Positions 28,805 through 38,870 of a DNA stretch of 64,000 nt are shown here, piece after piece (the first letter of the stretch is position 1; each line of letters opens with the position of its first letter). This stretch comes from Escherichia coli (GTDB lineage Bacteria; Pseudomonadota; Gammaproteobacteria; Enterobacterales; Enterobacteriaceae). The notes below the pieces were generated by a model. The model did no database searches, was not told the origin of the DNA, and saw only the letters and a program-made list of their open reading frames with translations. A program made the position numbers and the translations under genes. The stretch lies in assembly GCF_003334815.1 (NCBI RefSeq), contig NZ_QOWO01000005.1, one strand, 5' to 3'.

Positions 28805-30256
28805 TTAAATGACGTACAGGTCGAGATACTCATTGACCGGCATCTGTTCCAGGCGAGCTCTGTCGAGAGAAACCTCCAGAATGCGCTGCTGTTGGCGAGT
28901 CGGGAACTGGCGCGCGAGATTGATTTTGAATTTATCGACCAGTTTCGGAATACCATCCTGACGGCGGCGAGCATGACCAATGGGGTACTCCACCACCACT
29001 TCTTCAAATCGTGTGCCGTCGGTGAACTCAAGGGTAATGGCATTGGCGATGGCGCGTTTTTCCGGGTCGTGGTAGTCAGCGGTAAATGCCGGATCTTCAA
29101 AGCAATTGATCTTCTCGCGCAGGGCGTCAATGCGTTTATCTTGCGCAACGTTGTCCTCGTAATCTGCCGCCGTTAAGCGCCCGAATAGCAGCGGGATCGC
29201 CACCATGTACTGAATGCAGTGATCGCGGTCTGCCGGGTTATTGAGCGGCCCTTTTTTGTCGATGATGCGAATACAGGCTTCGTGGGTGCGAATGGTCACT
29301 TTTTCGATATCCGCCGCCGTTTTGCCTGCTGCCTGCATCTGTTCATAGAGCGTCATCGCTGCTTCAACTGCCGTCTGGGAGTGGAACTCCGCCGGGAAGG
29401 AGATTTTGAACAGCACATTTTCCATAACGTAGGAACCGTACGGGCGCTGGAAGCGGAACGATTCACCTTTAAAGGAGACGTCGTAGAAGCCCCACACCGG
29501 CGCAGTCAGGGCTGACGGGTAACCCATTTCGCCCGTTTTCGCCATCAGTGCCAGACGTACCGCGCGGGAAGTGGCATCGCCCGCCGCCCAGGATTTACGC
29601 GTGCCGGTGTTCGGCGCATGGCGATAGGTGCGCAGCGACTGACCGTCCACCCACGCCAGCGAAACGGCGTTGAGAATTTCCTCGCGGGTCAGGCCGAGCA
29701 TTTCGGCGACCACGGCGGTGGAAGCCACTTTCACTAACAGAACGTGGTCGAGGCCGACGCGGTTAAAGGAGTTTTCCAGCGCGATGCAGCCCTGAATTTC
29801 ATGGGCTTTGATCATTGCGGTCAGCACCTGTTTCATGGTCAACGGCGCTTTGCCGCTGGCGACCGCGTTGCGCGAAAGCCAGTCCGCCGTTGCCAGAATG
29901 CCGCCGAGGTTGTCGGAAGGATGGCCCCACTCCGCCGCCAGCCAGGTATCGTTGAAATCGAGCCAGCGGATCATCGCGCCGATGTTAAATGCCGCCTGGA
30001 CGGGGTCGAGCTGGAACTGAGTTCCGGGGACGCGCACGCCGTTGGGTACGACGGTGCCGGGAACAATTGGCCCCAGCAGTTTTTTACAGGCCGGGTATTC
30101 GAGAGCTTCCAGACCGCAGCCGAGCGTGTCGAGCAGGCAGTAATGTGCGGTGTCGTAGGCCACTTTAGAGCTGATTTCGTAGTTCATGACGTAATCGACG
30201 ATATCAACGATTTCACGATCAAATTCCGGGCGGATGTTGTTGATTTGAGCTGACAT
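28805..30256 (-). CDS. prpD: 2-methylcitrate dehydratase
   Basis: 483-aa [51 protein letters not shown]... (MmgE/PrpD family). Confidence 0.95.
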
Positions 30257-30289
30257 TGGGTACGTTTCCTTATTGTTATTCGTAGAGGT

Positions 30290-31459
30290 TTACTGGCGCT
30301 TATCCAGCGCGACAAACGGGCGGTCTTCCGGTCCAACATAATTGGCGGAAGGACGGATAATTTTGTTGTCCTGACGTTGTTCGATAATGTGCGCCGCCCA
30401 GCCGGTGACGCGGGCGATAACAAACAGTGGTGTGAACATCTCGGTGGGAACGCCCATCATGTTGTAGGAAACAGCAGAGAACCAGTCGAGATTGGGGAAC
30501 ATCTTTTTGCTCTCCCACATCACCGTTTCCAGGCGATCGGCGATGTTGTACATCTTCAGCGAGCCGCCTTCCTGCGAGAGCTGCTTCGCCACACGTTTAA
30601 TCACCTGGTGGCGCGGGTCAGCGATGGTGTAAACCGGATGACCAAAACCAATGACCACTTCTTTGTTTTCCACGCGCTTGCGGATATCTGCTTCGGCTTC
30701 GTCCGGCGTTTCGTAGCGTTGCTGGATCTCCAGCGACACTTCATTCGCCCCGCCGTGTTTTGGCCCGCGCAGTGCGCCAATCGCGCCAATAATCGCGGAA
30801 TACATATCAGAGCCGGTGCCCGCAATCACCCGACTGGTAAAGGTGGAGGCGTTAAACTCGTGTTCGGCGTACAGCACCAGCGAGATATGCATCGCCTTTT
30901 CCCAGCTTTGCGATGGCTTTTCGCCGTGCATCAGATGCAGGAAGTGACCGCCGATGGAGTCGTCATCGGTTTCCGGTTGGATGCGTTCGCCGTTGTGGCT
31001 GTAGTGATACCAATAAAGGAGAATCGAGCTAAGCGACGCCAGCAGTTTGTCGGCAATATCCCGCGCGCCAGAGACGGTATGCCCCTCTTTTTCTGGCAGC
31101 GTGCAGCCGAGCGCGGAAACACCGGTGCGCATAACATCCATCGGGTGCGACGCCGCCGGTAAGGCTTCCAGCACGGTACGCACGTTAGCCGGTAAACCGC
31201 GCAGGGCTTTCAGTTTCGTTTTGTAAGCGGCGAGTTCGTCACGGGTCGGCAGTTTGCCGTGGATCAGCAGATGCGCCACTTCTTCAAATTCGCAATGTTT
31301 CGCCAGATCAAGAATATCGTAGCCGCGGTAATGCAGGTCATTGCCACTTTTACCCACGGTGCAGAGCGCCGTATTGCCCGCCGGAACGCCAGAAAGTGCC
31401 ACAGATTTTTTCGGTTTAATGACATGGGTACTGTTTTGCAGGATCGTTGTGTCGCTCAT
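30290..31459 (-). CDS. prpC: 2-methylcitrate synthase
   Basis: 389-aa ORF, citrate-synthase family (..GFGHPVYT.. motif region). Confidence 0.95.
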   Translation of the reverse strand: MSDTTILQNSTHVIKPKKSVALSGVPAGNTALCTVGKSGNDLHYRGYDILDLAKHCEFEEVAHLLIHGKLPTRDELAAYKTKLKALRGLPANVRTVLEALPAASHPMDVMRTGVSALGCTLPEKEGHTVSGARDIADKLLASLSSILLYWYHYSHNGERIQPETDDDSIGGHFLHLMHGEKPSQSWEKAMHISLVLYAEHEFNASTFTSRVIAGTGSDMYSAIIGAIGALRGPKHGGANEVSLEIQQRYETPDEAEADIRKRVENKEVVIGFGHPVYTIADPRHQVIKRVAKQLSQEGGSLKMYNIADRLETVMWESKKMFPNLDWFSAVSYNMMGVPTEMFTPLFVIARVTGWAAHIIEQRQDNKIIRPSANYVGPEDRPFVALDKRQ

Positions 31460-31491
31460 GTTGTCCTCGTCATTGTTATCATTTGTAGGGT

Positions 31492-31790
31492 CGAGATTGT
31501 TGTCGGATGCGACGCTATGCGTCTTATCCGACCTACAGTTCAGTTCACCCCGTAGGCCTGATAAGTCGCGTCAGCGGCGCATCAGGCATCGGTTGTCGGA
31601 TGCGACGCTATGCGTCTTATCCGACCTACAGTTCAGTGCACCCCGTAGGCCTGATAAGTCACGTCAGCGGCGCATCAGGCATCGGTTGTCGGATGCGACG
31701 CCATCCGTCTTATCCGACCTACAGTTCAGTGCACCTCGTAGGCCTGATAAGTCGCGTCAGCGACGCATCAGGCATCGGCTGTCGAATACA
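31492..31790. repeat. Tandem BIME array: three ~93-bp units each carrying two REPs, filling the prpB-prpC intergenic region
   Basis: Unit tgtcggatgcgacgctatgcgtcttatccgacctacagttcagtgcaccccgtaggcctgataagtcgcgtcagcggcgcatcaggcatcggt repeated at about 31501, 31594 and 31687 with a few substitutions. Confidence 0.85.
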
Positions 31791-31805
31791 ATCAACGGGC
31801 GTTTT

Positions 31806-32696
31806 TTATTTCACCTGGCTACGGGCAAACAGGTTGTCGAGCTTCTCTTCGTACTGGTAGTAGTTGATGCTTTCGTACAGCTCGTTGCGGGTCTGCATGG
31901 TGTCGATGACGCTTTTCTGCGTGCCTTCCTGGCGCAGGACGTTGTAGACATGTTCAGCGGCGCGGTTCATGGCGCGGAACGCTGAAAGTGGGTACAGCGC
32001 CATTGCGACATGGGCGCTGCGTAATTCGTCGGTGGTAAACAGCGGCGTGGCACCAAATTCGGTGATGTTGGCGAGGATCGGCACCTGCACCGCATCGGCA
32101 AACTGGCGGTACATGGCGAGTTCGGTAATCGCCTCCGGGAACAACATCTCGGCACCCGCTTCAACATAGGCCTGCGCACGCTCGATCGCCGCATCCAGCC
32201 CCTCTACCGCCAGAGCATCGGTGCGCGCCATGATCACAAAATCAGGATCGGTTTTCGCATCCACCGCCGCGCGGATCCGATCCACCATCTCTTCTTTCGA
32301 GACGATCGCTTTATTCGGACGATGACCGCAGCGTTTCGCACCAACCTGATCTTCAATATGCAATCCTGCCGCACCGGCTTTAATCATCGATTTCACGGTG
32401 CGCGCCACGTTAAAGGCCGAAGAACCAAAACCGATATCCGCATCCACCAGCAGCGGCAGCGAACAAACGTCGGTGATACGGCGAATGTCGGTCAGCACAT
32501 CATCAAGGGTAGAAATACCGAGATCGGGCAGCCCCAGCGAACCTGCCGCCACGCCACCGCCAGAAAGATAAATTGCCTGATATCCGGCACGCTGCGCCAA
32601 CAGCGCATGATTAGCGTTGATGGTGCCAACAATCTGCAATGGATTTTCTTTAGTCAGTGCAGCGCGAAACGCTTTACCTGGAGAGTGTAGAGACAT
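31806..32696 (-). CDS. prpB: 2-methylisocitrate lyase
   Basis: 296-aa [54 protein letters not shown]... (PEP-mutase/ICL family). Confidence 0.95.
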   Translation of the reverse strand: MSLHSPGKAFRAALTKENPLQIVGTINANHALLAQRAGYQAIYLSGGGVAAGSLGLPDLGISTLDDVLTDIRRITDVCSLPLLVDADIGFGSSAFNVARTVKSMIKAGAAGLHIEDQVGAKRCGHRPNKAIVSKEEMVDRIRAAVDAKTDPDFVIMARTDALAVEGLDAAIERAQAYVEAGAEMLFPEAITELAMYRQFADAVQVPILANITEFGATPLFTTDELRSAHVAMALYPLSAFRAMNRAAEHVYNVLRQEGTQKSVIDTMQTRNELYESINYYQYEEKLDNLFARSQVK

Positions 32697-32743
32697 AGCC
32701 CATCCTTTGTTATCAACTTGTTATTTGCGTTGATAAAGACAAA

Positions 32744-32759
32744 GCAAGGGGTGTGCCAC
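32744..32759 (-). promoter_or_regulatory. Sigma-54 (-24/-12) promoter of prpBCDE
   Basis: Minus strand reads TGGCACaccccTTGC (GG-N10-GC spacing) 48-63 bp upstream of the prpB ATG; prpBCDE is known to be sigma-54/PrpR dependent. Confidence 0.7.
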
Positions 32760-32831
32760 AATTGCCTTAATAAAATTAAATGTTTAATTTCAATTTGTTA
32801 GAGATAAAGTCATGAACTAATCCGCAAATAT

Positions 32832-32891
32832 GCGTTTCAGTTAACGTTTCAGGCAATGTTTCACCGCGTTTCATTGCAACAATTATGAAAC
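32832..32891. promoter_or_regulatory. Candidate PrpR enhancer (UAS): four direct GTTTCA repeats plus an inverted copy
   Basis: gcGTTTCAgttaacGTTTCAggcaatGTTTCAccgcGTTTCAttgcaacaattaTGAAACa between prpR and the sigma-54 promoter. Confidence 0.45.
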
Positions 32892-32934
32892 AAGACTAAA
32901 CCCAATATTCGGTTTCTTAACTTTGCGGTGCGCT

Positions 32935-34521
32935 ATGGCACATCCACCACGGCTTAATGACGACAAACCGGTTATCTGGACGGTATCTGTAACGCGCCTG
33001 TTCGAGCTGTTTCGCGATATCAGCCTCGAGTTTGATCACCTGGCGAACATTACCCCTATTCAGCTTGGCTTTGAAAAAGCAGTGACCTACATCCGCAAGA
33101 AACTGGCAAACGAACGCTGTGACGCCATCATCGCGGCTGGCTCTAACGGCGCGTACCTGAAAAGCCGCCTGTCAGTGCCAGTTATTTTGATTAAACCGAG
33201 CGGCTACGATGTGTTACAGGCACTGGCAAAAGCCGGAAAACTCACCTCTTCTATCGGCGTTGTCACCTATCAGGAAACCATTCCAGCGCTGGTGGCGTTT
33301 CAAAAAACCTTTAATTTGCGCCTCGACCAACGTAGCTACATTACCGAGGAAGACGCACGCGGGCAGATTAACGAGCTAAAAGCTAACGGCACCGAAGCGG
33401 TGGTCGGCGCAGGGCTGATTACCGATTTGGCAGAAGAAGCCGGAATGACCGGAATTTTTATCTATTCCGCCGCCACCGTGCGCCAGGCGTTCAGCGATGC
33501 GCTGGATATGACGCGCATGTCGTTACGCCATAACACTCACGATGCCACCCGCAACGCCCTGCGTACTCGTTACGTGCTGGGCGATATGCTCGGTCAATCA
33601 CCACAGATGGAACAAGTACGGCAGACTATTTTGCTGTATGCCCGCTCCAGTGCGGCGGTGTTGATTGAGGGGGAAACGGGGACGGGCAAAGAGCTGGCGG
33701 CCCAGGCGATTCATCGGGAATATTTTGCCCGCCACGATGCGCGACAGGGCAAAAAGTCGCATCCGTTTGTTGCCGTCAACTGCGGGGCGATTGCCGAATC
33801 GCTGCTGGAAGCAGAACTGTTTGGCTATGAGGAAGGGGCGTTTACCGGCTCGCGACGCGGAGGTCGCGCCGGGCTGTTCGAAATTGCCCACGGCGGTACG
33901 CTGTTTCTGGATGAGATTGGCGAAATGCCGCTACCTTTGCAGACCCGGCTGCTGCGGGTGCTGGAAGAAAAAGAGGTCACCCGCGTCGGCGGGCATCAGC
34001 CTGTTCCGGTAGATGTACGGGTCATTAGCGCCACTCACTGCAATCTGGAAGAAGATATGCAGCAAGGACGTTTTCGCCGTGATCTGTTTTATCGGCTGAG
34101 TATTTTGCGTCTGCAATTGCCACCACTGCGCGAGCGGGTGGCGGATATTCTTCCGCTGGCGGAAAGCTTTTTGAAAGTGTCTCTGGCGGCGCTCTCCGCC
34201 CCATTTTCTGCTGCATTACGCCAGGGGTTACAGGCAAGTGAAACTGTGCTGCTGCACTACGACTGGCCAGGCAATATTCGTGAACTGCGCAATATGATGG
34301 AACGACTGGCGCTGTTTTTAAGTGTGGAACCGACGCCGGATTTAACGCCGCAGTTTATGCAACTGCTACTGCCGGAACTGGCGCGCGAGTCGGCGAAAAC
34401 TCCCGCTCCACGCTTACTGACACCACAACAGGCACTGGAGAAATTTAATGGCGATAAAACAGCAGCGGCGAATTATTTAGGCATCAGCCGGACGACGTTC
34501 TGGCGGCGGCTGAAAAGCTGA
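32935..34521 (+). CDS. prpR: Sigma-54-dependent activator of propionate catabolism
   Basis: 528-aa product [15 protein letters not shown]... with AAA+ sigma-54 interaction domain ([14 protein letters not shown]) and C-terminal HTH; start trimmed from 32923. Confidence 0.93.
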   Translation: MAHPPRLNDDKPVIWTVSVTRLFELFRDISLEFDHLANITPIQLGFEKAVTYIRKKLANERCDAIIAAGSNGAYLKSRLSVPVILIKPSGYDVLQALAKAGKLTSSIGVVTYQETIPALVAFQKTFNLRLDQRSYITEEDARGQINELKANGTEAVVGAGLITDLAEEAGMTGIFIYSAATVRQAFSDALDMTRMSLRHNTHDATRNALRTRYVLGDMLGQSPQMEQVRQTILLYARSSAAVLIEGETGTGKELAAQAIHREYFARHDARQGKKSHPFVAVNCGAIAESLLEAELFGYEEGAFTGSRRGGRAGLFEIAHGGTLFLDEIGEMPLPLQTRLLRVLEEKEVTRVGGHQPVPVDVRVISATHCNLEEDMQQGRFRRDLFYRLSILRLQLPPLRERVADILPLAESFLKVSLAALSAPFSAALRQGLQASETVLLHYDWPGNIRELRNMMERLALFLSVEPTPDLTPQFMQLLLPELARESAKTPAPRLLTPQQALEKFNGDKTAAANYLGISRTTFWRRLKS

Positions 34522-34618
34522 ACTGCCGAATGCAGCGCGAACGCTTTATCCGGCATAAATTTCAATAGATGATCACCGATAAACTTACGCATCGGAGATG
34601 TTTACATAGGATTCAGAA

Positions 34619-34894
34619 TTACTTCTTCTTATAAATATTTGCCGTGCCGTGGATCTTATTGTCAGTTTGACCGGAGGTCAGTACCAACACATCAGCCCCT
34701 TTTTCATCCGCTTTTTTGATCAAATCTTCTTTTGCATCTGCAGTCGACATTTCATTGCTGGTTGAAATATCACCTATTTTTTCATACTGCGATTCAACTT
34801 TTTCAAATTCCGCTTTGGTCATCAATTCAGCGGCATAGACATTGGTAACGGCTAACGCTAACGCACCGACTAACATTTTAGAGATTATTTTCAT
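34619..34894 (-). CDS. yahO: Small periplasmic DUF1471 (YdgH/BhsA/McbA family) protein YahO
   Basis: 91-aa ORF with signal peptide [21 protein letters not shown]. Confidence 0.85.
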   Translation of the reverse strand: MKIISKMLVGALALAVTNVYAAELMTKAEFEKVESQYEKIGDISTSNEMSTADAKEDLIKKADEKGADVLVLTSGQTDNKIHGTANIYKKK

Positions 34895-35040
34895 ATTACG
34901 GCTCCAGAGTTGTTATCACACTATCACCCACCCACATTATTGGGTTGATTAATAATTAGTTCAGTCAGGGCATAAACGCCAGTAACCGGAAATAAGACAC
35001 TTTGTGATCTCTCTCGCACCCGATTATTTTTGGTAGAAAT

Positions 35041-35712
35041 ATGATGCAGTTAGTTCACTTATTTATGGATGAAATCACTATGGATCCTTTGCATGCCGTT
35101 TACCTGACCGTAGGACTGTTCGTGATTACTTTTTTTAATCCGGGAGCCAATCTCTTTGTGGTAGTACAAACCAGCCTGGCTTCCGGTCGACGCGCAGGGG
35201 TGCTGACCGGGCTGGGCGTGGCGCTGGGCGATGCATTTTATTCCGGGTTGGGTTTGTTTGGTCTTGCAACGCTAATTACGCAGTGTGAGGAGATTTTTTC
35301 GCTTATCAGAATCGTCGGCGGCGCTTATCTCTTATGGTTTGCGTGGTGCAGCATGCGCCGCCAGTCAACACCGCAAATGAGCACACTACAACAACCGATT
35401 AGCGCCCCCTGGTATGTCTTTTTTCGCCGCGGATTAATTACCGATCTCTCTAACCCGCAAACCGTTTTATTTTTTATCAGTATTTTCTCAGTAACATTAA
35501 ATGCCGAAACACCAACATGGGCACGTTTAATGGCCTGGGCGGGGATTGTGCTCGCATCAATTATCTGGCGAGTTTTTCTTAGTCAGGCGTTTTCTTTGCC
35601 CGCTGTGCGTCGTGCTTATGGGCGTATGCAACGCGTTGCCAGTCGGGTTATTGGTGCAATTATTGGTGTATTCGCGCTACGCCTGATTTACGAAGGGGTG
35701 ACGCAGCGGTGA
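35041..35712 (+). CDS. yahN: LysE/RhtB-family amino-acid exporter YahN
   Basis: 223-aa hydrophobic ORF; length and synteny match yahN. Confidence 0.85.
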   Translation: MMQLVHLFMDEITMDPLHAVYLTVGLFVITFFNPGANLFVVVQTSLASGRRAGVLTGLGVALGDAFYSGLGLFGLATLITQCEEIFSLIRIVGGAYLLWFAWCSMRRQSTPQMSTLQQPISAPWYVFFRRGLITDLSNPQTVLFFISIFSVTLNAETPTWARLMAWAGIVLASIIWRVFLSQAFSLPAVRRAYGRMQRVASRVIGAIIGVFALRLIYEGVTQR

Positions 35713-35728
35713 GCAGATAATTTACTCT

Positions 35729-35974
35729 CTACGTAATCAACCTGATTTGCCGAATCACGGCCATCGGCGATGATAGCCCCCGTAATGCGTGGTCCTTATT
35801 TCCGATAAGTTTACTTGAGTCTTTAGCTTCCCATTTCAGCCCACTCTCCCCTGTGTGGGCTTTTTTCATTGGTCTGCCCCATCCTGAATAGCCAAACAAT
35901 GGCAATGTTCCACTTTGCAGGGATGATAATAAGGGGATCTGATTCAGAAGAGTTTTGAAAAGTTGGACCGCCAT
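35729..35974 (-). CDS. yahM: Small hypothetical protein YahM (coding status doubtful)
   Basis: 81-aa ORF MAVQLFKTLLNQIPLL...; its ATG lies inside the 3' acceptor strand of a tRNA-like sequence, so it may be a spurious ORF. Confidence 0.45.
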   Translation of the reverse strand: MAVQLFKTLLNQIPLLSSLQSGTLPLFGYSGWGRPMKKAHTGESGLKWEAKDSSKLIGNKDHALRGLSSPMAVIRQIRLIT

Positions 35975-36044
35975 CGAGGCCTCGAACCCCGTACCATACA
36001 ACAATCCTGGTTGTCGTCTGCTCTTCCTGATGAGCTAATGGCGG
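35964..36044 (-). other. tRNA-like element (probable pseudo-tRNA / tRNA relic) with encoded CCA
   Basis: Minus strand: ccgccat|ta|gctc|atcaggaa|gagc|agacg|acaac|caggatt|gttgt|atggta|cgggg|ttcgagg|cctcg|atggcgg|t|cca. Perfect 7-bp acceptor stem, D-arm with GG, T-arm with TTCGAGG loop, discriminator and CCA; the anticodon region is non-canonical (28 nt between arms, loop lacks U33). Confidence 0.5.
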
Positions 36045-36386
36045 TTTTTGATATGAGCCTTACAGCATATTTTCTGTCAGGCTTGAGTGCGATGCGTAAG
36101 ATACAGAAAAGACCCCACGCAAACATGATGGAATTATGATTTTTTTCATATGAATGTCAACCAACACATTCACAAAACATCTGCATGAGATCATTTTTTA
36201 TACACCGCATGGCTGCGAAACCACTACTGGTGCTTTTTTAAGCGAAGTGTCGCCGATCACAACAAAATATCGGCGAAAAAAGAGATGGAATGCCAGTTGG
36301 CATACAGATATACAGATGAAATGATTACCTGCATTGCGATTCACTCTCAGGTGGAATAACAACTTGCAGGTGGAACCCTTTCTGAA

Positions 36387-37202
36387 CTAAAGAGTGTAGC
36401 GGATTTTAACGTGCTTATTTACAGGATAATATCTGTCACCTAATTCCTGCACTCTATTAGATATCCATTCATTTAATCGCGCATCATCTCTGTATGTTTT
36501 TACGTCCAGAACAGAGAGCAATAACATCACCAGTGATTCAGGAAAAACAGGGTAGATATTTTTTAAGTGTAATAATAATCCATGCGCAAGCGCCTGCTTA
36601 ATGGGCGCGTCTGTCTCCGGAATAGACGACATTTCGCGAAGCCATTTTTCCACATGCATACACTCTTTCCCTTTAGGGAAAATTCTCAGCAAAGGCATAT
36701 GGTATTCAAGAAGAATACATTTGCAATCTGTTCGCACTGAATCGATAAACTGCACTAATTTCTTAAGCCCGGTAAAGCGTCCAGCCTGCACGTTTGCTTT
36801 AATATCAAGAAACGCATCATCCTGGTCATATACCCAAACTGTCCCTTTTTGATTTTCAAGTATGTGAAAAACAAACTTAACCGGGTGATCAGGGTAATCC
36901 ATCCAGTCATAAAATCCAGGGAAATCATTAAACTGCACATTTATGGTGAGTGCGTTATCGTCTGACCACTCACAGTCTCGTACGGCAGCCATGAGATGAA
37001 TGAGTTTGTCGTCATCGACTAAATCATCACGACAATCATAAGGATAATCATAATATTGTTTAATCAAAACCTTGAATATATCGACACAGGAAACCAGGGA
37101 GCTTTTGATATCCTCTGGTAACTGATTGTTTTTAACCGTATTAAGTATGCTTTGTTGCGTATATGGCATCAAATTATTGTGCGGAGCTTTTAATGATATC
37201 AT
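36387..37202 (-). CDS. yahL: Uncharacterised protein YahL
   Basis: 271-aa ORF MISLKAPHNNLMPYTQQSILNTVKNNQLPEDIK...; AT-rich gene; synteny between yahK and yahM. Confidence 0.8.
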   Translation of the reverse strand: MISLKAPHNNLMPYTQQSILNTVKNNQLPEDIKSSLVSCVDIFKVLIKQYYDYPYDCRDDLVDDDKLIHLMAAVRDCEWSDDNALTINVQFNDFPGFYDWMDYPDHPVKFVFHILENQKGTVWVYDQDDAFLDIKANVQAGRFTGLKKLVQFIDSVRTDCKCILLEYHMPLLRIFPKGKECMHVEKWLREMSSIPETDAPIKQALAHGLLLHLKNIYPVFPESLVMLLLSVLDVKTYRDDARLNEWISNRVQELGDRYYPVNKHVKIRYTL

Positions 37203-37369
37203 CGCGATCTCTCTTAAATAAAAATAAACGTCGCAGATAATAAAGCTCTGATTAAACCAGGCACTATCAGAAATCGCTCATAACTAACGTGTGAAGTATT
37301 GTGTACTGGAGGGCGTTAATTTAACAATTTAAATTTACGTTATAGGTTTTACTGCTACTTTGATATTAT

Positions 37370-37407
37370 TTCGCTCTCCTTAACTAAAAAGTTAAGTGGA
37401 GAGCGAA
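37370..37407 (-). terminator. Bulged stem-loop between yahK and yahL (possible yahK terminator or yahL regulatory hairpin)
   Basis: ttcgctctccttaact-aaaa-agttaagTGgagagcgaa: 10-bp and 6-bp perfect stems with a 2-nt bulge. Confidence 0.3.
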
Positions 37408-37444
37408 GTTAATATGTTAAACCACAAGGTATTTATTAATTTTT

Positions 37445-38494
37445 TCAGTCTGTTAGTGTGCGATTATCGATAACAAAACGATATTTCACATCACCGCGCA
37501 GCATTCGCTCATAGGCTTCATTAATTTGATCGGCCCGAATCATCTCTATATCAGCCACGATGCCATGTTCGGCGCAAAAATCGAGCATCTCCTGAGTTTC
37601 TGGAATGCCGCCAATCATAGAACCGGCTATCGCACGGCGTTTCATGATCAGGTTGAAAACTTCCGGCGATTTATGCGGTGTCGCAGGCGCACCAACCAGC
37701 GTCATGGTGCCATCACGCTTCAGCAAGGTGGTAAAATCGTCGAGATTATGTGGCGCAGCTACTGTATTCAAAATGAAATCGAAACTCTTCAGATGAGCCG
37801 CCATCTCATCGGCATTGCGTGAGTTAACAACTTCATCGGCCCCCAGGGCTTTTGCCGCTTCGCGTTTTGCCTCAGAAGTGGTAAATGCCACCACATGTGC
37901 CCCCATCGCGTGGGCCAGCTTAATCCCCATATGTCCCAGACCGCCGATGCCGACCACGCCCACTTTTTTACCCGGCCCGGCCTGCCAGTGACGTAGCGGC
38001 GAATACGTGGTGATCCCTGCACACAACAAAGGAGCCACCGCCGCCAGCTGCTCTTGCGGGTGACGAATACGCAGAACATATCGCTCATGAACGACGATCT
38101 GTTGTGAGTAGCCGCCCAGAGTATGGCCCGGTTCGTCCGGCGTCGGCGAGTTATAGGTGCCGGTCATGTGATCACAGTAGTTTTCCAACCCGTCTTCACA
38201 CTCTTCGCAATGTTTACAACTGTCGACAATGCAGCCGACACCGACCAGATCGCCCGGCGCATATTTTTCTACCTGATCACCAACGGCTACCACACGCCCC
38301 ACAATTTCATGACCCGGCACGCAGGGGTAAACCGTCCCCGCCCACTCGGAACGGACCTGGTGGAGAGCGGAATGGCAAACGCCACAGTAAGCGATTTCGA
38401 TTTTGACATCATTCGGTCCCGGTTCACGCCGGGTGATATCCATCGGTTCAAGTGGTTGTTTAGCGGAATATGCACCAACAGCTTTGATCTTCAT
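37445..38494 (-). CDS. yahK: NADPH-dependent aldehyde reductase (Zn-dependent ADH family)
   Basis: 349-aa ORF with Zn-ADH motifs (CGVCHSALH, GHEIVG, GIGGLGHMG). Confidence 0.93.
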   Translation of the reverse strand: MKIKAVGAYSAKQPLEPMDITRREPGPNDVKIEIAYCGVCHSALHQVRSEWAGTVYPCVPGHEIVGRVVAVGDQVEKYAPGDLVGVGCIVDSCKHCEECEDGLENYCDHMTGTYNSPTPDEPGHTLGGYSQQIVVHERYVLRIRHPQEQLAAVAPLLCAGITTYSPLRHWQAGPGKKVGVVGIGGLGHMGIKLAHAMGAHVVAFTTSEAKREAAKALGADEVVNSRNADEMAAHLKSFDFILNTVAAPHNLDDFTTLLKRDGTMTLVGAPATPHKSPEVFNLIMKRRAIAGSMIGGIPETQEMLDFCAEHGIVADIEMIRADQINEAYERMLRGDVKYRFVIDNRTLTD

Positions 38495-38870
38495 TGTGTT
38501 TACTCCTGATTAGCTATGTGTATTTGGCAACGCCTGATATGTCATCGCGGCAAAACGCGTCCATTGAATATAGCCAATATTTAAACCACCCGATCCAGCC
38601 CCAACATGCCGCGAGCCTGAATGAAACAGAGCAGCAACGTTCCCCATAAGGCGAGCGCCTGTAAGTGTGATATTTGCTATCTGTAAAAGACTAAAATCGG
38701 CAAAACTGATGATCTTTTCACGTAGACAAATAGTTATCTACACAACGTCAATAAGGGCATATTCCTCAAAGATAATGTCCATTTCTGCCGACACACTCAT
38801 ATTCAGATTGCCCCACTCCCTGGGGCTTAAATCTCTTACTATTCACCGTTGCAGGCGTTTCAAATGCGCA

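Noticed and set aside
31341-31985. Long ORFs with internally repeated peptide motifs across the prpC-prpB spacer (31341..31985, 31507..31860); possible repeat protein or CRISPR-like array
   Set aside because: The periodicity comes from three tandem BIME/REP units (palindromic, about 93 bp). There are no unique spacers, no cas genes, and the region sits between two well-defined prp genes.
34522-34618. Possible REP-like half site or terminator between convergent prpR and yahO
   Set aside because: Only a partial match to the REP palindrome (gccgaatgcagcgcgaacgctttatccggc) and no convincing hairpin plus U-tract; too weak to call.
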